Positions 46,253 through 55,936 of a stretch of DNA of 64,000 bases are shown one piece after another. Within the stretch, counting starts at the first letter, position 1; each line of letters opens with the position of its first letter. The translations under genes were made by a program, and so were the position numbers. The notes under the pieces are model-generated. The model was not told the DNA's origin. It worked only from the letters and a program-made list of their open reading frames with translations, and searched no databases. Source of the DNA: a phage; sequence record OZ346151.1; one strand, 5' to 3'.

Positions 46253-47236
46253 TTAACCTTTCACGAAGTGGTTATTAAGCAGTTGTCTGTGCTGAACCCA
46301 CCCACAAAAGTTGGCAGACCAGAATTTACCATCACGGTCTTGATGGGTTACACCTTCCTGCCAAGTACTGATGTCTTGTGTGATTTCACATGAAGACAGG
46401 TAGTAGTTTAAACGTTCCATTGCGTTATCGTGATCCATAGGTGTTGCCTGGTGCTCGTAAGGGCTTGCATGAATACGATCCCCACCAATCAATTTTTTAG
46501 CCACACTGTCTGCCTTTTCAAACGTGCTGTCAATATTTCGATAAGATACTTGTGCACAGCAACTAGCACTGATAGACAGAGCTTCTTTAGTATCGAGAAT
46601 GCAGAGCTTTCCTTCTGTGTCACGTACAGCGTAGTTAAACTCCCCGTCCAAATAAACGTGCTCTACATATGGAGTGTGCCATTGACCCGGTTTAAGGATT
46701 TCAGGAGTGCTATTCACAAGAGCCTCCCACATACAATTAGCTAACATCTGAATCGTAGGATCCGCATCGTGCCAGCAACGGAGGTGGAAAAAATTATTCC
46801 ACTCGGTGCTTGTTACAACTGTTTTCATGCGCTGAAAAGGCTCCACTAAGCGGTTACATACTTGCTTATGGTAACCAGCAAGGGCAAACTTCTCTGCATG
46901 CCAAGCGGCGTTTTTTGCAGCTTCTTTCCAAAACTCTTCCGGAGTTAGCTCCATATCAGTGTACTCTACACGGATCTTTTGATCGTGTTCCCCACCATCT
47001 TCCATTCCTCGCTTATTTACACCGAAGCGAACTGGCATTGCCGGATTCTCCACAATCTGTTGCAGCATCTTTCCGACAGGCACTGCACGGGAAGACATGG
47101 CGTTTCGGCTGAACACTCGGTGCGTCATAAGCTCTGAGTGAATAATTCGAGGATACTCTAGCTCAAAAGTGGTGATGCGCTTACCTTTCTCGGAAATGCT
47201 GTCAGCAATGATCTTTGCAGTGCACAGTTTTAGCAT
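46253..47236 (-). CDS. thyX: flavin-dependent thymidylate synthase
   Basis: ThyX-like motif THRVFSRNAMSSRA (RHR...S...SxR pattern). Confidence 0.7.
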   Translation of the reverse strand: MLKLCTAKIIADSISEKGKRITTFELEYPRIIHSELMTHRVFSRNAMSSRAVPVGKMLQQIVENPAMPVRFGVNKRGMEDGGEHDQKIRVEYTDMELTPEEFWKEAAKNAAWHAEKFALAGYHKQVCNRLVEPFQRMKTVVTSTEWNNFFHLRCWHDADPTIQMLANCMWEALVNSTPEILKPGQWHTPYVEHVYLDGEFNYAVRDTEGKLCILDTKEALSISASCCAQVSYRNIDSTFEKADSVAKKLIGGDRIHASPYEHQATPMDHDNAMERLNYYLSSCEITQDISTWQEGVTHQDRDGKFWSANFCGWVQHRQLLNNHFVKG

Positions 47237-47436
47237 TATTTAGCTCTCCTTGTTTTAATTTTGGAAATTTCGTCTGGGTTTATGTTGGCCTTAAATGCAA
47301 GGTATCTGTTGAACATATCGGAGCACATGTCTTGGGTGATCCTGGAGGCATACACCAGCTTACCTCCCAGATCATACACCTCTAGCCAGTCACCGTATCT
47401 GACTACAGGATCGCCACCTTTAGAACATCTGCCCAT
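47236..47436 (-). CDS. hypothetical protein
   Basis: Strand-consistent ORF. Confidence 0.45.
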   Translation of the reverse strand: MGRCSKGGDPVVRYGDWLEVYDLGGKLVYASRITQDMCSDMFNRYLAFKANINPDEISKIKTRRAK

Positions 47437-47437
47437 T

Positions 47438-48031
47438 TCAAATACCTTCTAAAAACTTTCCTATTTTATACCAGCTATTAGCGGTATAGTCAACACTGAC
47501 CTTTAACTCCTCAAATTGCTCATAAGGCGTATCTTTTAGGATTTTAATAACTTCAGGGCGTGAAGCGAATTGGTTCAGGTATTCATGCCTGTCGTCAATT
47601 ATAACATCTACAGCCACATTTCCCTTGAAATGCGTGGCGTAGAAGCCGTGACCCTGGGTGTGATCGTCCAGATCCATAAAATCACTAGTCCAACGCTTTA
47701 AGAACCTTGATTTAGATGCAAGGTGACCTTTCTTGCATACCGAGATAAATGCAAGCTTGTGACCACGAGCCACCAAATCTTTCATAACCTCAATAGCCCC
47801 CTCTTCAGGCTTAAGAAAGTCGTAGAGGAACGGGTCACTCCAGAAATCAAAAGGCCCTATGATGTTTTCTTTGGGGCGATCAGGCCAATACTTTGACAGA
47901 TCGTAATACATTAACCCATTAGAAGGTTTAGTGACTGTCTTACTGGCTGGACCATATAAACGCTCCAACCACTCCCACCATGCTGTTCCTGAATCTACCA
48001 GTGTCAAATCTACATCAATACCGATTAACAT
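47438..48031 (-). CDS. HAD-superfamily hydrolase (putative nucleotidase)
   Basis: Motif I GIDVDLTLVDS (DxDxT); motif IIDD; sits in nucleotide-metabolism cluster. Confidence 0.6.
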   Translation of the reverse strand: MLIGIDVDLTLVDSGTAWWEWLERLYGPASKTVTKPSNGLMYYDLSKYWPDRPKENIIGPFDFWSDPFLYDFLKPEEGAIEVMKDLVARGHKLAFISVCKKGHLASKSRFLKRWTSDFMDLDDHTQGHGFYATHFKGNVAVDVIIDDRHEYLNQFASRPEVIKILKDTPYEQFEELKVSVDYTANSWYKIGKFLEGI

Positions 48032-48642
48032 TCTTCTTGGGCCTCTTTAGCATCAATATACTTGCACACAATCTCCGATGCACATTCCCAAGGTGCACCT
48101 TCAGGGTTTACAACATCGAACTCAATTCCTTTTATTCCGTTCTTTTCCAGACTTAGATAGGTTCTGGAATCATTTCCCCAGTCATATCCGACACGGTGAA
48201 TACGGAACAACAACAGATCTCCACCTGTGCTGTACGCGTACTCGCTAAGGCATGCCAGCTCCTCTTTGAATCCACCATCGGAGTAAACAACAACCCCTTT
48301 ACCTTTAGGGAAATCTTTCTTCAAAGATGCGACTGCGGCTTTACCGAAAGCATCTTCACCAAAGATAGGTTTAATCAGATTTTCACTACAATGGATCATC
48401 CATTCTCGCGGAGAAACATGCTTGCCGTCTATCATTAAGAAAGGGCAAGGCTCTTCTTTGTAGTGGCGGTCATAAAGTGCATTCCAGAGTTGAGGAGTTA
48501 CACCAGCTGCCTTAATTGCCACACTGAAGAGCATCTCCTTAACCTCACGGTGGTGTGAGTTAGGAATAGCTTCCAACAAGAGATCTGCAATGTGATCCTT
48601 ACCACTGCTGGGTGGGGCGTTAAGAACAATAATATCCATCAA
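48025..48642 (-). CDS. deoxynucleoside monophosphate kinase (T4 gp1-like)
   Basis: P-loop LNAPPSSGKDHIADLL resembles T4 gp1 SGKDT..ADF as remembered. Confidence 0.6.
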   Translation of the reverse strand: MMDIIVLNAPPSSGKDHIADLLLEAIPNSHHREVKEMLFSVAIKAAGVTPQLWNALYDRHYKEEPCPFLMIDGKHVSPREWMIHCSENLIKPIFGEDAFGKAAVASLKKDFPKGKGVVVYSDGGFKEELACLSEYAYSTGGDLLLFRIHRVGYDWGNDSRTYLSLEKNGIKGIEFDVVNPEGAPWECASEIVCKYIDAKEAQEEC

Positions 48643-48842
48643 AAACCTCCGTGGTATTCTTCAACTGCATCAATAATACTTTTACACTTATCTACCAGCT
48701 CGTTAGCCACTACAGCATCGTCTTCCCAAACAGCTTCCTCGATCTGATCAAGCAATGATCGCATCTTACCCATCATTTCTGGGATAAAGTCTTCTGAAAA
48801 GCTGTCTGGAATTGTTAACTTTAGTGTCATTGCGTTCTCCAA
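48639..48842 (-). CDS. hypothetical protein
   Basis: Strand-consistent ORF. Confidence 0.45.
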   Translation of the reverse strand: MENAMTLKLTIPDSFSEDFIPEMMGKMRSLLDQIEEAVWEDDAVVANELVDKCKSIIDAVEEYHGGF

Positions 48843-48857
48843 TCATACTATGCGTTA

Positions 48858-49316
48858 TTAGAAGTTTGTTTTTACACGTCCCTTTTCATCAACCTCGTTG
48901 TTGGCTAGAAGCGTTACAAAGTCTGTGAAACGGACATGAAGAACTCTTTTCTTATCAAGGTATCCTAAAGCCACCCCTGAGAAATTTAGCATCAAAGGGG
49001 CTAAAGAAGCTCTGGCACTGAAATGCTGTTGTTCTACCCTTCCAACACCCTTAGTGTAGGATGGGTTAAGATTGTAAGTTCTGAATCCCAGTTTTGTTGG
49101 AGCTTTAGAATTAAAAACAACTTTATAGCGTTTCTTACTCAACTTATGCTCCAGGATAAGCATTCCCTTATCACCCTTGATAAGTTGAAAATCTGTAAAG
49201 TGCTCTTTTAATACGAAAGGTAGTGCCAGTCCCATCGCCTGCCCCCTTTGTACCGCTGTCTCACCAAAAGCTTTTGCATCAGTAAGTTCTTTGGTCAAGT
49301 CTATGCTTTTGATCAT
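48858..49316 (-). CDS. hypothetical protein
   Basis: Strand-consistent ORF. Confidence 0.5.
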   Translation of the reverse strand: MIKSIDLTKELTDAKAFGETAVQRGQAMGLALPFVLKEHFTDFQLIKGDKGMLILEHKLSKKRYKVVFNSKAPTKLGFRTYNLNPSYTKGVGRVEQQHFSARASLAPLMLNFSGVALGYLDKKRVLHVRFTDFVTLLANNEVDEKGRVKTNF

Positions 49317-50127
49317 ACCTAGTCTCCAAAATGTATTGTAGTTCTTTCTTACCTATACTCTTCATTCCGGCAGTCTTACCTGCTTCTTCTTGAAAAGAAG
49401 AATAGCATTCAGCAAACACTCTGTCAACACCGTCAACTAAAGATTTTATGAAATATGTTGATTCTTCAGATTTTGGGTCATCCTCCCCCAATACTTTTCC
49501 AGCATTATACCCAACACGTCTTACACAGAAGTCGTAGTCATCTGGAGTGCTAAAAGAAAATAACTTATTCTCCCCAATCTCTACAGGATCCCTGTTGCAC
49601 GCCTTTTTCTCCCAAATTTGGAAAACACACGGCACGTCATAAGGTTTGCCATTAAGTAGAAACGAGTTCTTAGGGCACCTTTCACTGTAGACAAGGTGCA
49701 TCGACATGTCCAGTTTGTTTGCAAAAAATATTTTTTCAAATGTCCGTGGCAAGATGAAGGCTATAGCCCCTCCAAGCTCTAGCAATGATGCACAATGGTT
49801 AAAGAATTTGCAAGCTAAAGATGAATTCTTGCCAAATGGTGGGTTACCTATGAAGACATCTGCCTTGGGATGCACCTCCAAGAAGTTTGCCTGAATGCAC
49901 GGTGTTGGTCCTTCAAATTCAGGATCTGGTACTAGATCGTAAGACAGTATCTCTGAAAATAGTTTTGAAAAAGAACCCCTTCCAGCAGAAGGCTCAACGT
50001 ATGCACAATTTCCATACTTATCTTTTACTTTACCAACAAGATATTCTGCATACTCAGGGTTTGTGTAATATTTGTCGTTGGACTCTTTCTTGCTCAAAGT
50101 GCCTCCAAAAGGAAAAGGGAGGCGCAA
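49279..50127 (-). CDS. DNA N6-adenine methyltransferase-like protein
   Basis: Motif I VEPSAGRGSF; motif IV FIGNPPFG. Confidence 0.65.
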   Translation of the reverse strand: MRLPFPFGGTLSKKESNDKYYTNPEYAEYLVGKVKDKYGNCAYVEPSAGRGSFSKLFSEILSYDLVPDPEFEGPTPCIQANFLEVHPKADVFIGNPPFGKNSSLACKFFNHCASLLELGGAIAFILPRTFEKIFFANKLDMSMHLVYSERCPKNSFLLNGKPYDVPCVFQIWEKKACNRDPVEIGENKLFSFSTPDDYDFCVRRVGYNAGKVLGEDDPKSEESTYFIKSLVDGVDRVFAECYSSFQEEAGKTAGMKSIGKKELQYILETRYDQKHRLDQRTY

Positions 50128-50143
50128 GCCTCCCTATACTTGA

Positions 50144-51133
50144 TTAGATTATCTGAATCAGGGTGTTTTTCATTTCTTCTCTGGTACGGATGTTGTTACG
50201 GTCACGAACAACAGATCCACAACCTTCGCAGCGATATGTTTTAAATGCACTCAGTTGAGTATACGCCAAAGCTTCTTCCTCGTGAAGGTGTTCTCCACCG
50301 CAGCGTGGGCAACGAACTTTTGGCTCCTCATCCTGGTAGTACAATGACATATTGGGGTGCTGCTTAGCAAACGGGCGTGCCAGCAAATACAGGCCTTCCA
50401 GAGATAGGATATCACCAACATTGTACTCCCGCATCTGTTTAAACGCCTCAAGATCACCATGAACACACTTGATCCACATTTCAAATGTGTGGTCAATCAG
50501 TTTCTGTCGGGCAAGTTGGAAGTATTTGCATGCATACTCCAAAGTGTTTGCATTCAAACGGAATGCCTTCTTGATCATTTTAAGGGTGTCAACCTCTTTG
50601 TATGGGCTTGTTGGAGGCAACCCGTGAAATGCAAATCGTTGGTTTGCCCACCCACAGTCAAAACCTGAATTGTGGGCTACTGCGACATCACATTTATCCA
50701 GATAATACCACAAGTCCTGAATCAATTCGAGGTCATTGTGAATATCCTCATCCCACATTTTGTAATCGGGAAGAGCGCAGTCAACCACACTAGGACTGTC
50801 TAACCACTTACCTGCGAAAGTTAGCATATAGGGCATAATTTCAATACCGCAGGTTTGAATGTTGGTCTTATAGTGCCCAAAGAACCAGCCGTTTGTTGGT
50901 GATGTTTCTGTATCATACACCCAAACTTTAGCTCCTTTGTGTTCTTCAAGGAAGCGCTCAGTTGCTTCTCCTACAATCTCTGACATATTCTCTTGTGCAC
51001 GTTTAAGCTGTAGTCGGATCCAACTCTCACGTGACTCACGGCCTAAAAATTCACGAGCAATTTGTCTATTAGTGTATCCCTGCTGCTTTAGTGTTAAAAT
51101 TTGCTCAAGAGTTAACTTTGTCATCATCGTCAA
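50144..51133 (-). CDS. DEDD-family 3'-5' exonuclease with N-terminal HTH and C-terminal zinc ribbon
   Basis: Exo I VYDTETS; Exo II VAHNSGFD; Exo III YNVGD; CPRCGG...CEGCG. Confidence 0.65.
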   Translation of the reverse strand: MTMMTKLTLEQILTLKQQGYTNRQIAREFLGRESRESWIRLQLKRAQENMSEIVGEATERFLEEHKGAKVWVYDTETSPTNGWFFGHYKTNIQTCGIEIMPYMLTFAGKWLDSPSVVDCALPDYKMWDEDIHNDLELIQDLWYYLDKCDVAVAHNSGFDCGWANQRFAFHGLPPTSPYKEVDTLKMIKKAFRLNANTLEYACKYFQLARQKLIDHTFEMWIKCVHGDLEAFKQMREYNVGDILSLEGLYLLARPFAKQHPNMSLYYQDEEPKVRCPRCGGEHLHEEEALAYTQLSAFKTYRCEGCGSVVRDRNNIRTREEMKNTLIQII

Positions 51134-51139
51134 AATTCC

Positions 51140-51361
51140 TTAGTAAAACTGAAGAATGTCTTTTAAAGCGAAGTCACGATATTCGCCCTTGTCTACATCA
51201 AAGGCATGCATCAACCACTGCTCTTCTTTATGATACTCTGTAGAGCCAAACCATAAATTAGGCTCAGTAACGCAGCGATCTGCAACAACACCTTTCCAGT
51301 TACGGTATTTCATCCTGATCAGGACTGAGTCGCAAGGATTGAATACCTTTTTCATCCCCAT
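51140..51361 (-). CDS. hypothetical protein
   Basis: Overlaps the upstream gene; start uncertain. Confidence 0.4.
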   Translation of the reverse strand: MGMKKVFNPCDSVLIRMKYRNWKGVVADRCVTEPNLWFGSTEYHKEEQWLMHAFDVDKGEYRDFALKDILQFY

Positions 51362-51905
51362 AGAAATCTCTCTCCTCAGTTTTCTTTATAAACTCCTGCA
51401 TGTAGGACTCAATAGCCTCATGCTTGGTGCACTCTGGATTAATGACAAGATTGAGATCTGATTCTGCTCGTGCAATAATCGTAGCTTTAGAGCATCTCCT
51501 CAAGAACTTTGTCATATCATCTCTGTAGTTTTTGTGGAGCGGGAAGTCGCTGTAGTCTTTCTCCAGATAGTCAGCCATCCGGCGCAACGCCTCTGATAAA
51601 CTGCAATCTGTATACTCGTTACAGTATTTCATCCAGTATTTAAGCACATACCCCTCAAAGGTATTAGTGCACTGAGACAAAACACCCCTGCAACGACCAG
51701 TCAGATGATCATGATCTAAACAAGGCTTACGAAGTGGCTCGCACAAGATCGGATCAAGACCATCCTGCTCCTCTGACAATTCTTTTCGAAAGTTGGCTAT
51801 GTCCTTAGAATCTTTTAGCCACCCGCTATGAACGGGGGCTTTGACAGCTTTCTTTCTTATTTTACGCTTTGCGATAACCCCTCCAGATGCGCCCTGCCTA
51901 TCCAA
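51300..51905 (-). CDS. endonuclease VII-like (T4 gp49-type) junction-resolving nuclease
   Basis: CLDHDHLTGRCRGVLSQCTN matches Endo VII signature as remembered; N-terminal extent uncertain. Confidence 0.6.
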   Translation of the reverse strand: MDRQGASGGVIAKRKIRKKAVKAPVHSGWLKDSKDIANFRKELSEEQDGLDPILCEPLRKPCLDHDHLTGRCRGVLSQCTNTFEGYVLKYWMKYCNEYTDCSLSEALRRMADYLEKDYSDFPLHKNYRDDMTKFLRRCSKATIIARAESDLNLVINPECTKHEAIESYMQEFIKKTEERDFYGDEKGIQSLRLSPDQDEIP

Positions 51906-52486
51906 TAAGCATCTGCGAGATCGGCCTTACCTTGTACCAAATTGATCCCATCTAGGAACCCAGGTTCAGATACTTCGCAGGCCTTAACCATCAACTTTTT
52001 ATCCATCGTAACAGGTTTCTTCACAGTATGCTCTTTACCTGTCTTTTTGTCAAGCTTTTTCTTCTCCTCAAAAGCAAGTTCCTCAGGAAGATGACTACGA
52101 GCAAACTTTTTGGCAGTTGTTGGTGTCACAGTGTGGACCTTAAACAGGCCGTCATTTTCACAATCAGCTAAAGCATCCCAAAGCATAACTTCAAGACCGT
52201 AAAACAACCCAGCCAGTTCGCGTGTGGCATCCCCGCGTGATCCAAAGGAAAGCCCTTCCATAACCACGGTGTCAACGCCGTGCGTGTGGATGTAATATCT
52301 GACCTGTTTGCAGATCCAGTCAATACGCTCAGCAGCTGTTGCAAAAGAAACCGTCCCTGGTTTCTTCTCTTTTGCAGATGAGCTTTGAGTTCGTAACACA
52401 ACCTTATGAACAGGCTTTCCATCGTCCCATACAACGCAAGCTGTGTGTGTCAACGACTGGTCTATGGATAATAGACGCTCTCTCAT
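51857..52486 (-). CDS. RuvC-like Holliday junction resolvase
   Basis: N-terminal LSIDQS, central VVMEGLSFG, C-terminal DLADAYWIG resemble RuvC catalytic motifs. Confidence 0.6.
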   Translation of the reverse strand: MRERLLSIDQSLTHTACVVWDDGKPVHKVVLRTQSSSAKEKKPGTVSFATAAERIDWICKQVRYYIHTHGVDTVVMEGLSFGSRGDATRELAGLFYGLEVMLWDALADCENDGLFKVHTVTPTTAKKFARSHLPEELAFEEKKKLDKKTGKEHTVKKPVTMDKKLMVKACEVSEPGFLDGINLVQGKADLADAYWIGRAHLEGLSQSVK

Positions 52487-52815
52487 GCTTCCTCGTCCTC
52501 CTCTCCTTCATCAGGAGCATAAGCCTTATCTTTGAACAAGACGAGAGAGCAAAGCTTAACATCTGTTTCCACACTGGTGAACATGCATAACCGCTCGCCC
52601 TCAATCAGCTCACAATCCTCTTTTAAAACAGCAGACCATACACGGTCATCTGCGTAATCATCCGTGTACAGGATGTATGAAATGGTGTCATCTTCATACA
52701 ACCGCCACATACCTGTGGCAACAACGAATGTATTTTTTGTTTTAAGTGTCCCTGTTGTGTGATCATCCTCAAAAACAGCTTCCATAATTGCGTTATCTAC
52801 AGCATTTTTAGTCAT
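52483..52815 (-). CDS. hypothetical protein
   Basis: Strand-consistent ORF. Confidence 0.5.
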   Translation of the reverse strand: MTKNAVDNAIMEAVFEDDHTTGTLKTKNTFVVATGMWRLYEDDTISYILYTDDYADDRVWSAVLKEDCELIEGERLCMFTSVETDVKLCSLVLFKDKAYAPDEGEEDEEA

Positions 52816-53954
52816 CAGATTGCTCCAACATTTCTAAGAACGTTAACAAGTTTTGTCTGGTCATTAAATGTCCGCTTCATATACAAACAGTCAAAAATTA
52901 TACTCATCCATTGACCTACGGAAATTCTACGATCAATACCATTGAAGTCAGTATACTTAACAACACCTTTCGGGAACCACTTCTTGTACTGATCAATAAT
53001 AGCCACCCACATCTCCTTTGGAGTGCTGCACTGAGACAGTAGGTAGAATGCTGAGGCATCCCCGAACTTACCCTTACCGATAAGTCCTTGATACGGCTTG
53101 ATGTTGTCAGCAGAGTCACCACACAGCATTTGGTATCCGAAGAACAGCATCCCGTAACCGCCAACCTCTCCATTGGGCTTCATGAAGATGTTCCCCATAC
53201 CGTTATCGATCAGCATAGGGGTTTCCCTTACAAAATCTCCCTTATCGTTTCGCATGGGATCGAACACAAGCCCCGGTAGTGTTCTTTGGTCCTTATCAAT
53301 AGAGATAATAAACTTGTTGAACTTACCTGTTTTTTGGTAGTGGTTCCAACCTTCAAATTGCTGGATAGCTAACCAGTCGTCAGCCTCGATACCGTTGATC
53401 ACTTGAGCATTATACTGCTTTTGGAGATACTGTCTTGCATCTCCAAGCAGCAGTGGTCGAAGAGTATTGTTACGGTTGGCTTTATATCTTTCCGGCATGG
53501 GAAGATCTAGTCTGAAATTACCTGTGCCTCCAAGTACCCCCACGCACCGATCTTCCGGAATACCGAGATAATTAAGGACTGCATTAGCTTTACACTTAAT
53601 TGTGTGCAAGCAGTTCTCTACAGGATCAGGGGTTTGGATATCCAAGACATCGAAATCTTCTCGTGTCCACGGAATAAACTCCTTGCCAGCCTTTTTACAT
53701 GCAGCTTCACGGTTGGTATTCTCAGCTTTTAACCAACCACCAACGGTGTTCTTCTGCCGCCCCCAGAACTCTGTTCGTGTTTTAAACATCTTCTTACGTC
53801 CGGAGGCTTTGTGTGTTACCTCAATTGTCCTTTTTTCACAACTTGCTGCAGCTTGATATGCAACCTGATCGAAGTCATAATAAACTATAGCGTCAGGTTC
53901 AAGAAGATCAGCCAGACAATCTATGGACTCAATAAGTGGATATTCTCTACTCAA
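52815..53954 (-). CDS. flap endonuclease / 5'-3' exonuclease (FEN family)
   Basis: GIEADDWLAI and LCGDSADNI motifs. Confidence 0.75.
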   Translation of the reverse strand: MSREYPLIESIDCLADLLEPDAIVYYDFDQVAYQAAASCEKRTIEVTHKASGRKKMFKTRTEFWGRQKNTVGGWLKAENTNREAACKKAGKEFIPWTREDFDVLDIQTPDPVENCLHTIKCKANAVLNYLGIPEDRCVGVLGGTGNFRLDLPMPERYKANRNNTLRPLLLGDARQYLQKQYNAQVINGIEADDWLAIQQFEGWNHYQKTGKFNKFIISIDKDQRTLPGLVFDPMRNDKGDFVRETPMLIDNGMGNIFMKPNGEVGGYGMLFFGYQMLCGDSADNIKPYQGLIGKGKFGDASAFYLLSQCSTPKEMWVAIIDQYKKWFPKGVVKYTDFNGIDRRISVGQWMSIIFDCLYMKRTFNDQTKLVNVLRNVGAI

Positions 53955-54255
53955 AGACCCTCCTGTTAGTTATTCTGCAAGATGGTTGGATGCTGTAATG
54001 GAATGCATCATCACTCTCTGCAATAAGTGACTCAACATCCCAATACTTTTCAAAAAGGAACGGATTAGACCCCCAGTGGTGGGTTATTTTCATCAAGGAG
54101 TCTGGTATCATATAACCACAGATCTTAATTACATCGCCAGGTTGAATTGTGTTTTCATGAAGGTTGCTTGCCTTCTTCAGAATCATACCTTTATGATTCT
54201 CGTTTGCATACAACTGGACAATATCTTTATCTTCAACAATAAAAATTTTAAGCAT
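53947..54255 (-). CDS. hypothetical protein
   Basis: Strand-consistent ORF. Confidence 0.5.
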   Translation of the reverse strand: MLKIFIVEDKDIVQLYANENHKGMILKKASNLHENTIQPGDVIKICGYMIPDSLMKITHHWGSNPFLFEKYWDVESLIAESDDAFHYSIQPSCRITNRRVFE

Positions 54256-54314
54256 ATCTAGTTCTCCTAGTTTATAGATATCTGACCGATAATATCAGAT
54301 TAATAACACTTTTG

Positions 54315-54608
54315 TCAAGACTTTTTAGTCTTTCTTGGAGAGCTTTTTGTTGATCTTTTCCTTTTGTGGTAGATTCCAAGTGCAGCGTTTTCTTGGGCGC
54401 ACGTTTTAACAGTTCTCAGAGAAGAACTTTCAGCTTTAGGCAGGTTTAACTCCCACCAACCGAGCCAGTAAAGTTCTGATTCCGACAGCTGCTCAGATTC
54501 AGCCTTCCGATACAATGATTGCATACCTCTAATGATGTCGTCCAGAGGTGTATCGAATACAAAAGCTGTCTTATCGAATTTCTCTTTTACAGGTCTCTTA
54601 GCCATCAA
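54315..54608 (-). CDS. hypothetical protein with basic C-terminus
   Basis: Strand-consistent ORF. Confidence 0.5.
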   Translation of the reverse strand: MMAKRPVKEKFDKTAFVFDTPLDDIIRGMQSLYRKAESEQLSESELYWLGWWELNLPKAESSSLRTVKTCAQENAALGIYHKRKRSTKSSPRKTKKS

Positions 54609-55044
54609 GGTAACCCTCTATCCACGAAAAGTCAGTCTTCCATTCTGGAACTTTACTAAGCTCACGCCACTCTGCAAAGCAGTCTCGGTAATACGCCTCT
54701 GCCATACTCTTGGTGATCTTATTCACCTTAGCCAACTGATTAACTGCCTGAGCATACTTTCCACGGATATTTGCTAACCCAGGATGCACCGATGTGTGAC
54801 AATCCGGGCACAGTGCTATCAGTCCGACAAGCCGGATCACTCCCTCTTCGAAAGTGTAAAGTTCATGACACTCCACTGGGTGTTTGCTGCCTTTACCGCC
54901 GCACACCTCACAAGTGTAGTTGGCTTCTCTATAGCACTTCTTACGTATCTTATCCCACTCACTCTTCTTCACAGCGTTTCGGAGGTTATTATACCAAGCT
55001 GTTTCTGGGATCAGTTGCACAATAAGCCTGCGTTCAGACTTCAT
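54598..55044 (-). CDS. hypothetical zinc-binding protein
   Basis: CEVCG...CHE...CPDCH; start set at internal Met to avoid overlap. Confidence 0.45.
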   Translation of the reverse strand: MKSERRLIVQLIPETAWYNNLRNAVKKSEWDKIRKKCYREANYTCEVCGGKGSKHPVECHELYTFEEGVIRLVGLIALCPDCHTSVHPGLANIRGKYAQAVNQLAKVNKITKSMAEAYYRDCFAEWRELSKVPEWKTDFSWIEGYLDG

Positions 55045-55072
55045 TAAACGTCCGTCTTCCACGTGTTCTCCC

Positions 55073-55279
55073 TCATTCAAAGAAATGGGTGCGAGGGCAG
55101 GAACCTGCCTCACCTTGTTTCACAAGCTCGTAGAGCTCACCTTGACTTGTCTCATAAAGGCAAATACGTTTACCATTGTCCCGATATACATCGACAAGAT
55201 ACGCTGTTTCACCTGCAAACACGACACCACAGGCCAGACATGCTACCATGAACAAAATTGCCAATAGAAAATCTTTCAT
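55073..55279 (-). CDS. small lipoprotein (signal peptide with lipobox)
   Basis: N-terminus MKDFLLAILFMVACLAC with L-A-C lipobox; immediately downstream of endolysin. Confidence 0.55.
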   Translation of the reverse strand: MKDFLLAILFMVACLACGVVFAGETAYLVDVYRDNGKRICLYETSQGELYELVKQGEAGSCPRTHFFE

Positions 55280-55342
55280 GGTTAAGCCCTCCTAAACATT
55301 TTATGAGGTAACAATACCACGTCCGTGTGGTTATGTCAATGA

Positions 55343-55813
55343 TCAATCAAGGACAACACCGCCTGCCTTTTTAAACACCTCGATCAACTTCTCGATCTTC
55401 TGTTCATGCTGACCATATCCAGCACCAGGTAACGAAGCCCAGCGGGAACGGCATTTATGGATAGCCTCGTGGATACGCCCTTCGTCAATGTCGGCGAGAG
55501 CCTTGCACTCACGGATCAGTTGCAACGCAATCTTGTCCTGACTGGCGGGGCCAAAATCTGGCAATCCTAACTGTTCCATGTAGTGTTTAGCAAACTTCTC
55601 CAAAACCTGGTAACGACCAGCAGCGGAGGAGGTAAGTTTAGCATTTAGCTTAACGTACACACCTGGATGCTTGCTGTAATCGCTAAACAGCTTGCCACCA
55701 ACTATGACATCGTATCCCCGATCCTTAGTGGGTTGCCTACCATTATCTGTGCCTTCCGAATATGCGATCATGTCCAAGAAAGCTTTTCGTTGAACATTTT
55801 TATCAAGTTTCAT
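55343..55813 (-). CDS. endolysin, lambda R-like lytic transglycosylase
   Basis: QRKAFLDMIAYSEGTDNGRQPTKDRGYDVIVGG and WASLPGAGYGQ closely resemble lambda R as remembered. Confidence 0.85.
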   Translation of the reverse strand: MKLDKNVQRKAFLDMIAYSEGTDNGRQPTKDRGYDVIVGGKLFSDYSKHPGVYVKLNAKLTSSAAGRYQVLEKFAKHYMEQLGLPDFGPASQDKIALQLIRECKALADIDEGRIHEAIHKCRSRWASLPGAGYGQHEQKIEKLIEVFKKAGGVVLD

Positions 55814-55936
55814 TTTTCATACTCTCCAGTTTACTCATAACTAACACGATCAACAACACTACACAGTGTGGTTATGTAGGTGCCGATTGAAAACCATCAT
55901 TCAATTGGCTACCGTTACCTACTGAACCTTCCTACA

